DNA of 31,814 nucleotides from UHGV virus genome UHGV-0219172, one strand, 5' to 3'. Within the stretch, counting starts at the first letter, position 1; every line of letters starts with the position of its first letter. Source of the stretch: a virus. Below are positions 8,069 through 18,216 of this stretch, piece after piece. Below the pieces are notes generated by a model, which worked only from the letters and a program-made list of their open reading frames with translations, was not told where the DNA came from and did not search any database. Made by a program: the position numbers and the translations under genes.

Positions 8069-9103
8069 TCAGCCGTTGTCAGTGTCCAGTGAGTAGTTTT
8101 TAAAGCGGATGACCTCCTGACCGAGCCAGCCGTTTATCTCGCGGATCCTGTCCTGTAGCGGGATAAGCTCATTGCGGACAAAGACCTTTGCCACTTTCTC
8201 AATATCACCCAGCGACCCGACGTTCTCCGGCTTGCCGCCCATCAACTGAAAGGGGATGCGGTGCGCGTCCAGCAGGTCAGCGGCGCTGGCTTTTTTGATA
8301 TTAAAAAAATCGTCCTTCGTTGCCACTTCACTGAGCGGGATAATTTTAATGCCGTCGGCTTTCCCCTGCGGGGCATAGAGAAACAGATTTTTAAAGTTGT
8401 TGCGGCCTTTCGACTTGACCATGTTTTCGCGAAGCATTTCGATATCGTTGCGATCCTGCACGGCATCGGTGACGTACATGATATATCCGGCATGAGCGCC
8501 GTTTTCGTAATACTTGCGGCGGAACAGCGTGGCCGACTCATTCAGCCAGGCAGAATTAAGGGCGCTGAGATATTCCGGCAGGCCGTACAGCTCCTGATTA
8601 ATATCCGGCTCCAGCAGGTGAAACACGGAGCCGGGCGCGAAGGCTGTCGGCTCGTTGAAGGACGGCACCCACCAGTAAACATCCTCCTCCACGCCACGGC
8701 GGGTATATTTTGCCGGTGAGGTTTCCAGTCTGATGACCTTACCGGTGGTGCTGTAACGCTTTTCCAGAAACGCATTACCGAACACCAGAAAATCCAGCAC
8801 AAAGCGGCTGAAATCCTGCTGGGAAAGCCACGGGTGCGGAATAAACGTTGAAGCCAGAATATTACGTTTGACGTAAATCGGTGAGCTGTGATGTACGGCA
8901 GCACGCAGGCTTTTTGCCAGACCGGTAAAGCTGACCGGTGGCTCATACCATCTGCCGTTACTGATGCACTCGACGTAATCCAGAATGTCACGGCGGTCGA
9001 GTACCGGCACCGGTTCACCAAAGGTGAATGCCTCCATTTTCGGGGCGCTGGCGGTCATTTTTTTTGCCGCAGGTTGCGGTGTTTTCCCTTTTTTCTTGCT
9101 CAT
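8069..9103 (-). CDS. Q: portal protein
   Basis: 344-aa ORF on the minus strand, in an operon with the large terminase and divergent from O, as in P2. Confidence 0.9.
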   Translation of the reverse strand: MSKKKGKTPQPAAKKMTASAPKMEAFTFGEPVPVLDRRDILDYVECISNGRWYEPPVSFTGLAKSLRAAVHHSSPIYVKRNILASTFIPHPWLSQQDFSRFVLDFLVFGNAFLEKRYSTTGKVIRLETSPAKYTRRGVEEDVYWWVPSFNEPTAFAPGSVFHLLEPDINQELYGLPEYLSALNSAWLNESATLFRRKYYENGAHAGYIMYVTDAVQDRNDIEMLRENMVKSKGRNNFKNLFLYAPQGKADGIKIIPLSEVATKDDFFNIKKASAADLLDAHRIPFQLMGGKPENVGSLGDIEKVAKVFVRNELIPLQDRIREINGWLGQEVIRFKNYSLDTDNG

Positions 9104-10875
9104 CAGTAAAACTCCAGAATGGTGGATGTCAGCGGGGTGCTGATACCGGCGGTGAGTGGCTCATTTAACAGGGCGTGCATGGTCGCCCAGGCGAGGTCGG
9201 CGTGGCTGGCTTCCTCGCTGCGGCTGGCCTCATAGGTGGCGCTGCGTCCGCTGCTGGTCATGGTCTTGCGGATAGCCATAAACGAGCTGGTGATGTCGGT
9301 GGCGCTGACGTCATATTCCAGACAGCCACGGCGAATAACGTCTTTTGCCTTGAGCACCATTGCGGTTTTCATTTCCGGCGTGTAGCGGATATCGCGTGCG
9401 GCGGGATAGAACGAGCGAACGAGCTGGAACACGCCGACACCGAGGCCGGTGGCATCAATACCGATGTATTCGACGTTGTATTTTTCGGTGAGTTTGCGGA
9501 TGGATTCAGCCTGGGTGGCAAAGTCCATGCCTTTCCACTGGTGACGCTCAAGTATTCTGAATTTGCCACCGGCCACCACCGGCGGTGCCAGCACCACGCA
9601 TCCGGCACTGTCGCCACGGTGTGACGGGTCGTAACCAATCCAGACCGGGCGGGAGCCGAACGGATTCGCGGCAAACGGCGCATAGTCTTCCCATTCTTCC
9701 AGCGTGTCGACCATGCAGCGTTGCAGCTCCTCGAACGGGAACACCGACGCCTTGTCGTCAACAAATTCACACATGAACAGGTTTTTAAAATCGTCGGCGC
9801 TGTTTTCGCGTTTAAGCTGCTCAATGTCGAACAGCGTGCAGCCACCTTTCAGGGCGTCCTCAATGGTGACAATCTGCCGCCACTGACCGTCCGCACAGAG
9901 AAGCCCACCGGCAAGAGCGTTATGACTGACGTCGATTTCCACGCGTTCGGCGGCGCTGGCGCGTCCCCGGTTGAACAGTTCACCCGACCAGAACGGGTAG
10001 GCGTCGTGCGCCAGCGTGGACGGGGTGGAGAAATAGGTCGAGCGCAGGTGACTCTGTGAGGCCATACCTGATGCCACCTTACGCAGTACCTGAAAATTCG
10101 GTATCCAGAAAATCTCGTCGACGTACAGGTCGCCGTTATGGCTCTGCGCGGTGTTGGAGTTGGTGCCGAGAAAAATCAGTTTTGCGCCGTTATTGCCCAG
10201 GACAATCGGGTCACCGGTCAGGTCAACGTCAACCAGCCGGGCAAAGGCGATGATGTATTCGCGGAACACATACGCCTGCGTTTTACTGGCCGACAGAAAA
10301 ATCTGGTTATGACCGGTTTTCAGGGCGCGCAGCAGCGCCTCGCGGGAAAAATAAAACGTCGCGCCAATCTGGCGGGATTTCAGGATATCGCGGATGCGGT
10401 GCTCAAGCCCGGCGCGATACCAGTGCAACTGATATTCGAAAGACTGCTCAAAGAAAATCTGCTCCAGCTTTTCGATAGCCTCGTCACTGAAAAAATTCTT
10501 TTTCGGTTTGCGCCGCCCGCCTTTGTTGCGGTTAGCGATGTTCGGATTAAGGTCTGCCTCGTTGCCGGTCTGGCTGTAGCGGTTTACCCGTGCCAGTCGT
10601 TCAATCTGGCGTCCGAGCAGGTCAATTTCCTTGAAGTCACCGCCGGTTTTCTGCGGTTTGATGATGAGCTGGGTCAGCCGCGCTTCCAGACTCATTTCGA
10701 CACGGCTGATGGGGGCAACGCTGTCCCAGCCGTCGCGCTGTTTCCAGCTCTGCACCGTCGGGCGTTTCATCTGCAACATGGCGGCAATCTGCGGCACGGA
10801 AAACCCCTGCCAGTACAGCAGCGCCGCCTGACGACGCGGGTCGTGTAAAAGAGTGGTGTCTGTGGTGATGGTCAT
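9103..10875 (-). CDS. P: terminase large subunit (ATPase/nuclease)
   Basis: About 590-aa ORF. ATG at 10875 is preceded by a GAGG SD; the track start at 10905 is TTG. Position as in P2. Confidence 0.9.
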   Translation of the reverse strand: MTITTDTTLLHDPRRQAALLYWQGFSVPQIAAMLQMKRPTVQSWKQRDGWDSVAPISRVEMSLEARLTQLIIKPQKTGGDFKEIDLLGRQIERLARVNRYSQTGNEADLNPNIANRNKGGRRKPKKNFFSDEAIEKLEQIFFEQSFEYQLHWYRAGLEHRIRDILKSRQIGATFYFSREALLRALKTGHNQIFLSASKTQAYVFREYIIAFARLVDVDLTGDPIVLGNNGAKLIFLGTNSNTAQSHNGDLYVDEIFWIPNFQVLRKVASGMASQSHLRSTYFSTPSTLAHDAYPFWSGELFNRGRASAAERVEIDVSHNALAGGLLCADGQWRQIVTIEDALKGGCTLFDIEQLKRENSADDFKNLFMCEFVDDKASVFPFEELQRCMVDTLEEWEDYAPFAANPFGSRPVWIGYDPSHRGDSAGCVVLAPPVVAGGKFRILERHQWKGMDFATQAESIRKLTEKYNVEYIGIDATGLGVGVFQLVRSFYPAARDIRYTPEMKTAMVLKAKDVIRRGCLEYDVSATDITSSFMAIRKTMTSSGRSATYEASRSEEASHADLAWATMHALLNEPLTAGISTPLTSTILEFY

Positions 10876-11048
10876 GAATACCTCGCCGTGATGAATACAC
10901 GGCAAGGCTACTGAGTCGCGCCCCGCGATTCGCTAAGGTGCTGTTGTGTCAGTGATAAGCCATCCGGGACTGATGGCGGAGGATGCGCATCGTCGGGAAA
11001 CTGATGCCGACATGTGACTCCTCTAATCACTATTCAGGACTCCTGACA

Positions 11049-11903
11049 ATGGCAAAAAAAGTCTCAAAATTCTTTCGTATCGGCGTTGAGGGTGACACCT
11101 GTGACGGGCGTGTCATCAGTGCGCAGGATATTCAGGAAATGGCCGAAACCTTTGACCCGCGTGTCTACGGTTGCCGCATTAACCTGGAACATCTGCGCGG
11201 CATCCTGCCTGACGGTATTTTTAAACGTTATGGCGATGTGGCCGAACTGAAGGCCGAAAAGATTGATGACGATTCGGCGCTGAAAGGCAAATGGGCGCTG
11301 TTTGCGAAAATCACCCCGACCGATGACCTTATCGCGATGAACAAGGCCGCGCAGAAGGTCTACACCTCAATGGAAATTCAGCCGAACTTTGCCAACACCG
11401 GCAAATGTTATCTGGTGGGTCTGGCCGTCACCGATGACCCGGCAAGCCTCGGCACGGAATACCTGGAATTCTGCCGCACGGCAAAACACAACCCCCTGAA
11501 CCGCTTCAAATTAAGCCCTGAAAACCTGATTTCAGTGGCAACGCCTGTTGAGCTGGAATTTGAAGACCTGCCTGAAACCGTGTTCACCGCCCTGACCGAA
11601 AAGGTGAAATCCATTTTTGGCCGCAAACAGGCCAGCGATGACGCCCGTCTGAATGACGTGCATGAAGCGGTGACCGCTGTTGCTGAACATGTGCAGGAAA
11701 AGCTGAGCGCCACTGAGCAGCGACTCGCTGAGATGGAAACCGCCTTTTCCGCACTTAAGCAGGAGGTGACTGACAGGGCGGATGAAACCAGCCAGGCATT
11801 CAGCCGCCTGAAAAACAGTCTCGACCACACCGAAAGTCTGACCCAGCAGCGCCGCAGCAAGGCCACCGGCGGTGGCGGTGACGCCCTGATGACGAACTGC
11901 TGA
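11049..11903 (+). CDS. O: capsid scaffolding protein
   Basis: Starts MAKKVSKFFRIGVEGDTCDGR; the track ORF extends upstream to 10983 without an SD. Divergent from P as in P2. Confidence 0.9.
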   Translation: MAKKVSKFFRIGVEGDTCDGRVISAQDIQEMAETFDPRVYGCRINLEHLRGILPDGIFKRYGDVAELKAEKIDDDSALKGKWALFAKITPTDDLIAMNKAAQKVYTSMEIQPNFANTGKCYLVGLAVTDDPASLGTEYLEFCRTAKHNPLNRFKLSPENLISVATPVELEFEDLPETVFTALTEKVKSIFGRKQASDDARLNDVHEAVTAVAEHVQEKLSATEQRLAEMETAFSALKQEVTDRADETSQAFSRLKNSLDHTESLTQQRRSKATGGGGDALMTNC

Positions 11904-11961
11904 CCGGCGTCAGCCAGTCCGGGAAAACCTTCACGATTAACCCTTAATTTCAGGAAAAACT

Positions 11962-13035
11962 ATGCGCCAGGAAACCCGCTTTAAATTTAATGCCTACCTG
12001 TCCCGTGTTGCCGAACTGAACGGCATCGACGCCGGTGATGTGTCGAAAAAATTCACCGTTGAACCGTCGGTCACCCAGACCCTGATGAACACCATGCAGG
12101 AGTCCTCTGACTTTCTGACCCGCATCAACATTGTGCCGGTCAGCGAAATGAAAGGGGAAAAAATTGGTATTGGTGTCACCGGCTCCATCGCCAGCACCAC
12201 AGACACCGCCGGTGGCACCGAGCGTCAGCCGAAGGACTTCTCGAAGCTGGCGTCAAACAAGTACGAATGCGACCAGATTAACTTCGATTTTTATATCCGC
12301 TACAAAACGCTTGACCTGTGGGCGCGTTATCAGGATTTCCAGCTCCGTGTCCGTAACGCCATTATCAAACGCCAGTCCCTTGATTTAATCATGGCCGGTT
12401 TTAACGGCGTGAGGCGTGCCGAAACCTCTGACCGCAGCAGTAACCAGATGCTGCAGGATGTGGCGGTCGGCTGGCTGCAGAAATACCGCAATGAAGCCCC
12501 GGCGCGCGTGATGAGCAAGGTTACTGACGAGGAAGGTCACACGACCTCTGAGGTCATCCGCGTGGGTAAGGGCGGTGATTATGCCAGCCTCGATGCACTG
12601 GTGATGGATGCGACCAACAACCTGATTGAGCCGTGGTATCAGGAAGACCCTGACCTTGTGGTGATTGTGGGGCGTCAGCTACTGGCGGACAAGTATTTCC
12701 CCATCGTCAACAAGGAGCAGGACAACAGCGAGATGCTGGCCGCTGACGTCATCATCAGCCAGAAACGCATCGGTAACCTGCCGGCGGTACGCGTCCCGTA
12801 CTTCCCGGCGGATGCGATGCTCATCACGAAGCTGGAAAACCTGTCCATCTACTACATGGATGACAGCCATCGCCGCGTGATTGTGGAAAACCCGAAACTC
12901 GACCGCGTGGAGAACTACGAGTCAATGAACATTGATTACGTGGTGGAAGACTACGCCGCCGGTTGTCTGGTGGAAAAAATCAAGGTCGGTGACTTCTCCA
13001 CACCGGCTAAAGCGACCGCAGAGCCGGGAGCGTAA
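11962..13035 (+). CDS. N: major capsid protein
   Basis: 357-aa ORF following the scaffold gene; size and position as P2 gpN. Confidence 0.9.
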   Translation: MRQETRFKFNAYLSRVAELNGIDAGDVSKKFTVEPSVTQTLMNTMQESSDFLTRINIVPVSEMKGEKIGIGVTGSIASTTDTAGGTERQPKDFSKLASNKYECDQINFDFYIRYKTLDLWARYQDFQLRVRNAIIKRQSLDLIMAGFNGVRRAETSDRSSNQMLQDVAVGWLQKYRNEAPARVMSKVTDEEGHTTSEVIRVGKGGDYASLDALVMDATNNLIEPWYQEDPDLVVIVGRQLLADKYFPIVNKEQDNSEMLAADVIISQKRIGNLPAVRVPYFPADAMLITKLENLSIYYMDDSHRRVIVENPKLDRVENYESMNIDYVVEDYAAGCLVEKIKVGDFSTPAKATAEPGA

Positions 13036-13038
13036 CCG

Positions 13039-13782
13039 ATGACGAGTCCCGCACAGCGCCACATGATGCGGGTCTCGGCAGCGATGACCGCGCAGCGGGA
13101 AGCCGCCCCGCTGCGACATGCAACTGTCTATGAGCAGATGCTGGTTAAGCTCGCCGCAGACCAGCGCACACTGAAAGCGATTTATTCAAAAGAGCTGAAG
13201 GCCGCGAAAAAACGCGAACTGCTGCCGTTCTGGTTGCCGTGGGTGAACGGCGTGCTGGAGCAGGGCAAAGGTGCACAGGATGACATTCTGATGACGGTCA
13301 TGCTGTGGCGTCTGGATACCGGCGATATTGCCGGTGCGCTGGAGATTGCCCGTTATGCCCTGAAGTACGGTCTGACCATGCCGGGTAAACACCGCCGCAC
13401 CCCGCCGTACATGTTCACCGAGGAGGTCGCGCTTGCGGCCATGCGTGCCCACGCTGCCGGTGAGTCTGTGGATACCCGCCTGCTGACGGAGACCCTTGAA
13501 CTGACTGCCGCTGCTGACATGCCTGATGAAGTGCGCGCAAAGCTGCACAAAATCACCGGTCTGTTTCTGCGTGACGGTGGTGATGCCGCCGGTGCGCTGG
13601 CGCACCTGCAACGTGCGACACAGCTCGACTGTCAGGCAGGCGTCAAAAAAGAGATTGAACGACTGGAGCGGGAGCTGAAACCGAAGCCGGAGCCGCAGCC
13701 AAAAGCGGCCACCCGTACCCCGCGTAAGACCCGGAGCGTGACACCGGCAAAACGTGGACGCCCGAAAAAGAAAGCCAGTTAA
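13039..13782 (+). CDS. M: terminase small subunit
   Basis: 247-aa ORF with a basic, Pro/Lys-rich C-terminus, in the P2 M position. Confidence 0.85.
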   Translation: MTSPAQRHMMRVSAAMTAQREAAPLRHATVYEQMLVKLAADQRTLKAIYSKELKAAKKRELLPFWLPWVNGVLEQGKGAQDDILMTVMLWRLDTGDIAGALEIARYALKYGLTMPGKHRRTPPYMFTEEVALAAMRAHAAGESVDTRLLTETLELTAAADMPDEVRAKLHKITGLFLRDGGDAAGALAHLQRATQLDCQAGVKKEIERLERELKPKPEPQPKAATRTPRKTRSVTPAKRGRPKKKAS

Positions 13783-13881
13783 CAACCGAATGCGCCCCGC
13801 GCCAGGGCGGCACGCCGGTCAGTGAGGGTGAATCATCTGACACTGCACCGGCGTCCACCGCCCGACTTTTCAGAGGTAGTC

Positions 13882-14391
13882 ATGATGACGCTGATTATTC
13901 CGCGAAAGGAGGCTCCCGTGTCCGGTGAGGGTACGGTGGTCATCCCGCAACCGGCAGGCGACGAGCCGGTGATTAAAAACACGTTCTTTTTTCCCGATAT
14001 CGACCCGAAGCGCGTCCGGGAACGTATGCGCCTTGAGCAGACTGTCGCCCCCGCCCGTCTGCGTGAGGCCATCAAGTCAGGCATGGCGGAAACAAATGCG
14101 GAGCTGTACGAGTACCGCGAACAGAAAATTGCCGCCGGTTTTACGCGTCTGGCGGACGTCCCGGCGGACGACATCGACGGTGAAAGCATCAGGGTTTTTT
14201 ACTACGAGCGCGCCGTGTGTGCGATGGCGACCGCGTCGCTGTATGAGCGTTATCGCGGCGTGGATGCCAGTGCGAAAGGCGACAAGAAGGCTGACAGCAT
14301 TGACAGCACCATTGATGAGCTGTGGCGGGATATGCGCTGGGCGGTGGCGCGCATCCAGGACAAGCCGCGCTGCATCGTGAGTCAAATCTGA
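13882..14391 (+). CDS. L: head completion protein
   Basis: Start MMTLIIPRKEAPV with AGAGG SD; the track ORF extends upstream to 13822. Stop overlaps the X start. Confidence 0.85.
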   Translation: MMTLIIPRKEAPVSGEGTVVIPQPAGDEPVIKNTFFFPDIDPKRVRERMRLEQTVAPARLREAIKSGMAETNAELYEYREQKIAAGFTRLADVPADDIDGESIRVFYYERAVCAMATASLYERYRGVDASAKGDKKADSIDSTIDELWRDMRWAVARIQDKPRCIVSQI

Positions 14392-14594
14392 TGAAGACCT
14401 TTGCGCTACAGGGCGACACGCTCGACGCCATTTGTGTCCGGTATTACGGGCGCACTGAGGGCGTGGTTGAGACCGTGCTCGCCGCAAATCCGGGACTGGC
14501 TGAACTGGGCGCGGTGCTGCCGCACGGCACCGCCGTCGAACTGCCCGACGTTCAGACCGCGCCCGTGGCTGAAACTGTCAATCTGTGGGAGTAA
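14391..14594 (+). CDS. X: tail protein X
   Basis: 67-aa ORF starting MKTFALQGDTLDAICVRYYG, at the P2 X position preceding the lysis cassette. Confidence 0.85.
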   Translation: MKTFALQGDTLDAICVRYYGRTEGVVETVLAANPGLAELGAVLPHGTAVELPDVQTAPVAETVNLWE

Positions 14595-14597
14595 CGC

Positions 14598-14879
14598 ATG
14601 ACAGCAGAAGAAAAAAGCGTCCTGTCGCTTTTCATGATTGGGGTGCTGATTGTTGTCGGCAAGGTGCTTGCCGGTGGTGAACCCATCACCCCGCGTCTGT
14701 TTATCGGGCGCATGTTGCTCGGTGGTTTTGTCTCGATGGTTGCCGGTGTTGTTCTGGTGCAGTTTCCTGACCTGTCATTGCCTGCGGTGTGCGGCATCGG
14801 CTCCATGCTGGGTATCGCCGGTTATCAGGTGATTGAGATTGCCATTCAGCGCCGCTTTAAGGGCAGGGGGAAACCGTAA
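14598..14879 (+). CDS. Y: holin
   Basis: 93-aa protein with hydrophobic transmembrane stretches and a charged C-terminus, directly upstream of the endolysin. Confidence 0.85.
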   Translation: MTAEEKSVLSLFMIGVLIVVGKVLAGGEPITPRLFIGRMLLGGFVSMVAGVVLVQFPDLSLPAVCGIGSMLGIAGYQVIEIAIQRRFKGRGKP

Positions 14880-15376
14880 TGCCGGTTATTAACACGCATC
14901 AGAATATCGCCGCCTTTCTCGACATGCTGGCCGTGTCCGAAGGGACGGCGAACCATCCGCTGACGAAAAACCGGGGCTATGACGTGATAGTCACCGGACT
15001 GGACGGAAAGCCGGAAATTTTCACCGACTACAGTGACCACCCGTTCGCACATGGCCGACCGGCGAAGGTGTTTAACCGTCGCGGTGAAAAATCCACGGCC
15101 TCCGGTCGCTATCAGCAGCTTTACCTGTTCTGGCCGCATTACCGCAAACAGCTTGCCCTGCCGGATTTCAGTCCGTTGTCACAGGACAGACTCGCCATTC
15201 AGTTGATCCGCGAACGCGGTGCGCTGGATGACATCCGGGCGGGACGTATTGAGCGCGCCATTTCACGCTGTCGCAATATCTGGGCGTCCCTGCCGGGTGC
15301 CGGTTACGGTCAGCGTGAGCATTCACTGGAAAAACTGGTCACCGTCTGGCGTACCGCTGGCGGCGTACCGGCTTAA
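14879..15376 (+). CDS. K: endolysin (lysozyme-like)
   Basis: 165-aa ORF in the P2 K position between the holin and lysA. Confidence 0.85.
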   Translation: MPVINTHQNIAAFLDMLAVSEGTANHPLTKNRGYDVIVTGLDGKPEIFTDYSDHPFAHGRPAKVFNRRGEKSTASGRYQQLYLFWPHYRKQLALPDFSPLSQDRLAIQLIRERGALDDIRAGRIERAISRCRNIWASLPGAGYGQREHSLEKLVTVWRTAGGVPA

Positions 15377-15390
15377 ACGGAGTAAACACC

Positions 15391-15816
15391 ATGAAGAAAT
15401 TATCCCTTTCACAAATGCTGAACGTGTCGCTGGCGCTGATGCTGGCACTGTCCCTGATTTACCCGCAGAGCGTGGCCGTCAATTTTGTCGCCGCCTGGGC
15501 GATTCTGGCGACGGTTATCTGTGTGGTTGCCGGTGGTGTCGGGGTGTATGCCACTGAGTATGTGCTGGAACGCTACGGGCGGGAGCTGCCGCCGGAATCG
15601 CTGGCCGTGAAGATTGTCACGTCGCTGTTTTTGCAGCCGGTGCCGTGGCGCAGACGGGCGGCGGCTCTGGTGGTGATGGTGGCGACGTTTATCGCGCTGG
15701 TCGCTGCCGGGTGGATTTTTACCGCGCTGATTTATCTTGTGGCGTCGGTGTTCTTCCGGCTGATACGTACGGCCTGCCGTCAGCGTTTTGAGGGGCGGGA
15801 ACCATGTCAAAGCTGA
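15391..15816 (+). CDS. lysA: lysis accessory membrane protein LysA
   Basis: 141-aa multi-pass hydrophobic protein following K. Confidence 0.8.
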   Translation: MKKLSLSQMLNVSLALMLALSLIYPQSVAVNFVAAWAILATVICVVAGGVGVYATEYVLERYGRELPPESLAVKIVTSLFLQPVPWRRRAAALVVMVATFIALVAAGWIFTALIYLVASVFFRLIRTACRQRFEGREPCQS

Positions 15817-16229
15817 TGATTGTGCTGGTTGTGTTGTTATCACTGGCGGTGCCGGGGCTGTTTCTGGTGAAGCATGAAAATGCCAGCCTGCGCACCTCAC
15901 TGGACAGGGCGAACAGCGTCGCCAGCGGGCAGCAGACGACCATCACCATGCTGAAAAATCAGCTTCATGTTGCACTCACCAGGGCAGACAAAAACGAGCT
16001 GGCGCAGGTGGCACTGCGTCAGGAACTGGAGAACGCCGCGAAGCGTGAAGCACTGCGCGAGAAAACCATCACGAGGTTACTTAATGAAAACGAGGATTTC
16101 CGCCGCTGGTATGGCGCTGACCTGCCTGATGCTGTGCGCCGGTTGCACCAGCGTCCGGCCTGCACTGACGCCAGTGATTGTCGCCAACGCCTGCCCGAAA
16201 GTGAGCCTTTGCCCGATGCCGGGCAGTGA
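15804..16229 (+). CDS. lysB: inner-membrane spanin LysB (Rz-like)
   Basis: N-terminal transmembrane helix (MSKLMIVLVVLLSLAVPGLFLV) followed by a charged coiled-coil-like region. Confidence 0.8.
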   Translation: MSKLMIVLVVLLSLAVPGLFLVKHENASLRTSLDRANSVASGQQTTITMLKNQLHVALTRADKNELAQVALRQELENAAKREALREKTITRLLNENEDFRRWYGADLPDAVRRLHQRPACTDASDCRQRLPESEPLPDAGQ

Positions 16230-16374
16230 CCCGCAGAAGAACGGCGATTTAAGTGCCGATATCCGGCAGCTTGAGAACGCGCTGGCACGCTGTGCCAGCC
16301 AGGTAAAAATGATTAAACACTGTCAGGACGAAAACGATGCTCAAACCCGACAGCCTGCGCAGGGCGCTGACTGA
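16084..16374 (+). CDS. lysC: outer-membrane lipoprotein spanin LysC (Rz1-like), nested +1 within lysB
   Basis: ATG at 16084 in the +1 frame of lysB. Starts MKTRISAAGMALTCLMLCAGC with lipobox L-C-A-G-C, the classic embedded o-spanin arrangement. Confidence 0.75.
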   Translation: MKTRISAAGMALTCLMLCAGCTSVRPALTPVIVANACPKVSLCPMPGSDPQKNGDLSADIRQLENALARCASQVKMIKHCQDENDAQTRQPAQGAD

Positions 16375-16804
16375 TGCCGTCACGGTGCTGAAAACTAACC
16401 CCGATATGCTGCGGATATTCGTGGATAACGGGAGTATTGCCTCCACACTGGCGACGTCGCTGTCGTTCGAAAAGCGTTACACGCTCAATGTCATTTTGAC
16501 CGACTTTACCGGTGATTTTGACCTGCTCATCGTGCCGGTGCTGGCGTGGCTGCGGGAAAATCAGCCCGACATCATGACCACCGACGAAGGCCAGAAAAAG
16601 GGCTTCACGTTTTATGCGGACATCAACAATGACAGCAGCTTTGATATCAGCATCAGCCTGATGCTGACCGAGCGCACGCTGGTCAGTGAGGTGGACGGCG
16701 CGCTGCATGTGAAGAATATCCCGGAACCCCCGCCGCCGGAGCCGGTCACCCGCCCGATGGAGCTTTATATCAATGGCGAACTGGTGAGCAAGTGGGATGA
16801 ATGA
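16337..16804 (+). CDS. R: tail completion protein R
   Basis: 155-aa ORF at the P2 R position. Confidence 0.85.
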   Translation: MLKPDSLRRALTDAVTVLKTNPDMLRIFVDNGSIASTLATSLSFEKRYTLNVILTDFTGDFDLLIVPVLAWLRENQPDIMTTDEGQKKGFTFYADINNDSSFDISISLMLTERTLVSEVDGALHVKNIPEPPPPEPVTRPMELYINGELVSKWDE

Positions 16805-17249
16805 GTTTAAGCGTTTTGAAGACCGGCTGGCCGGACTTATTGAATCGCTGTCACCGTCAGGGCGTCGGCGACTGAGTGCCGAACTGGCGAAACGTCTGCG
16901 TCAGAGTCAGCAGCGTCGGGTGATGGCACAGAAAGCCCCGGACGGCACACCCTACGCGCCACGCCAGCAGCAGAGCGCCAGAAAAAAGACCGGTCGCGTT
17001 AAGCGAAAAATGTTTGCGAAACTTATCACCAGTCGTTTTTTGCATATCCGCGCCAGCCCGGAACAGGCATCAATGGAATTTTACGGCGGGAAGTCACCGA
17101 AAATCGCCAGCGTGCATCAGTTTGGTCTGTCGGAAGAAACCCGGAAAGACGGTAAGAAAATTGATTATCCGGCGCGTCCTTTGCTCGGCTTTACCGGTAA
17201 GGATGTGCAGATGATTGAAGAGATTATCCTGGCTCACCTCGATCGTTAG
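16797..17249 (+). CDS. S: tail completion protein S
   Basis: 150-aa ORF overlapping the R stop, at the P2 S position. Confidence 0.85.
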   Translation: MNEFKRFEDRLAGLIESLSPSGRRRLSAELAKRLRQSQQRRVMAQKAPDGTPYAPRQQQSARKKTGRVKRKMFAKLITSRFLHIRASPEQASMEFYGGKSPKIASVHQFGLSEETRKDGKKIDYPARPLLGFTGKDVQMIEEIILAHLDR

Positions 17250-17399
17250 TTGTGCAATTTTTTTACGCTTTATTGCTGAGTTGTTGATTGTTGTATAACA
17301 CTCTTTGTATTTTCGTCGGATAAGTTTTAATTGCCACTTGAAAATATACAGTCGATTGGGGCATAAGGATTCATCAATGGTGATCGTTTGAATGTTTAA

Positions 17400-17430
17400 G
17401 GCCGCGATAAAATGTCGCGGCCAGTTTTTT
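17400..17430 (+). terminator. rho-independent terminator after the R-S transcript
   Basis: Stem GGCCGCGA (17400-17407) and TCGCGGCC (17415-17422), followed by a six-T run (17425-17430). Confidence 0.65.
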
Positions 17431-17453
17431 CCGTTTGCGAACTGACCAGGTTG

Positions 17454-18197
17454 TTATCTGGTTAAATAAGTGAGCTCACTCTCTTTAGGTATTAGCTGAG
17501 TGTCTCCTCCCCATTCGTTCATGATGTTTTTTCTCGCATTCCAGTATTCTTGGTAAGTATCTTGATGAACAGTGTAGATACTTGCTAAAAGCCAGTGTTG
17601 ATACTTAAGAGTCGTGTATTGGTATTCTTCTATTATCGGTAAAATGAATAAGTTTTTTTGCTTTAGTGAGATTAAATATTCTTTTGTTTGTTTGGTGGTT
17701 CTGTCATTGTTTAAGATTCTTTCAATCTTAAATGAAAAGCCGTGCATGTTTATATTTCTTTGGAGGTGCATGAATGATGATATTGATGGGGCGATCATGT
17801 TTTGATGCGTCAGGATGTTTCTTAAATCCTCCATTAATTTTATTACTGGATTATTTCGGAATTCATGATTGATGAATGCCTCTGATTTGATTTTAATGTC
17901 GGCAATATTTAATGCTTTTGTTTTAAGTAGGTTGCGCGTTGAATCTCTAAATGATAATGCTGAAGATATATAATTGAAAAGGTGTCTTGATATGTTTAAA
18001 TGTTCTTTTTTAAATTTGTCTCTGTTAAATGAATGACGGGAAACAATGTCAGGGGAGTTGAATTTGCTTAATTCATGTTGGACAACTTCGTAATTGGCAA
18101 TATGCATATGTCCAAGTAAATTGGTGTCGGAGATTTTTAAATACTCTTGGTGGGCGATGGTGTCTTTTTGATTTTCCCAGATTTGATATTTATCCAT
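17454..18197 (-). CDS. cargo gene at the S-V (P2 orf30) position: 247-aa protein of unknown family with two RNxxxH motifs, candidate HEPN-like defence/abortive-infection protein
   Basis: Antisense to the late operon, with its own SD (AAGGAA upstream of the minus-strand ATG). Visibly AT-rich. Motifs LRNILTH (R126 to H131) and QRNINMH (R147 to H152) fit the HEPN Rx4-6H pattern. I recognise no family. Confidence 0.5.
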   Translation of the reverse strand: MDKYQIWENQKDTIAHQEYLKISDTNLLGHMHIANYEVVQHELSKFNSPDIVSRHSFNRDKFKKEHLNISRHLFNYISSALSFRDSTRNLLKTKALNIADIKIKSEAFINHEFRNNPVIKLMEDLRNILTHQNMIAPSISSFMHLQRNINMHGFSFKIERILNNDRTTKQTKEYLISLKQKNLFILPIIEEYQYTTLKYQHWLLASIYTVHQDTYQEYWNARKNIMNEWGGDTQLIPKESELTYLTR

Positions 18198-18216
18198 ACT
18201 TCAGTTCCTTCTTGAT

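Noticed and set aside
8242-10848. Many long ORFs on the opposite strand or in alternate frames inside Q and P (e.g. 8242-8541, 8261-8719, 8542-9021, 9175-9624, 9369-9845, 10138-10848)
   Set aside because: They lie entirely within confidently identified GC-rich structural genes, have no SD or start context and translate to low-complexity Arg/Ala/Gly-rich sequence typical of spurious antisense ORFs.
10906-11048. Canonical TGT-N12-ACA sites for the divergent P and O late promoters
   Set aside because: Only an imperfect TGT-N12-CAC was found at 11013-11030; could not support a confident site by eye.
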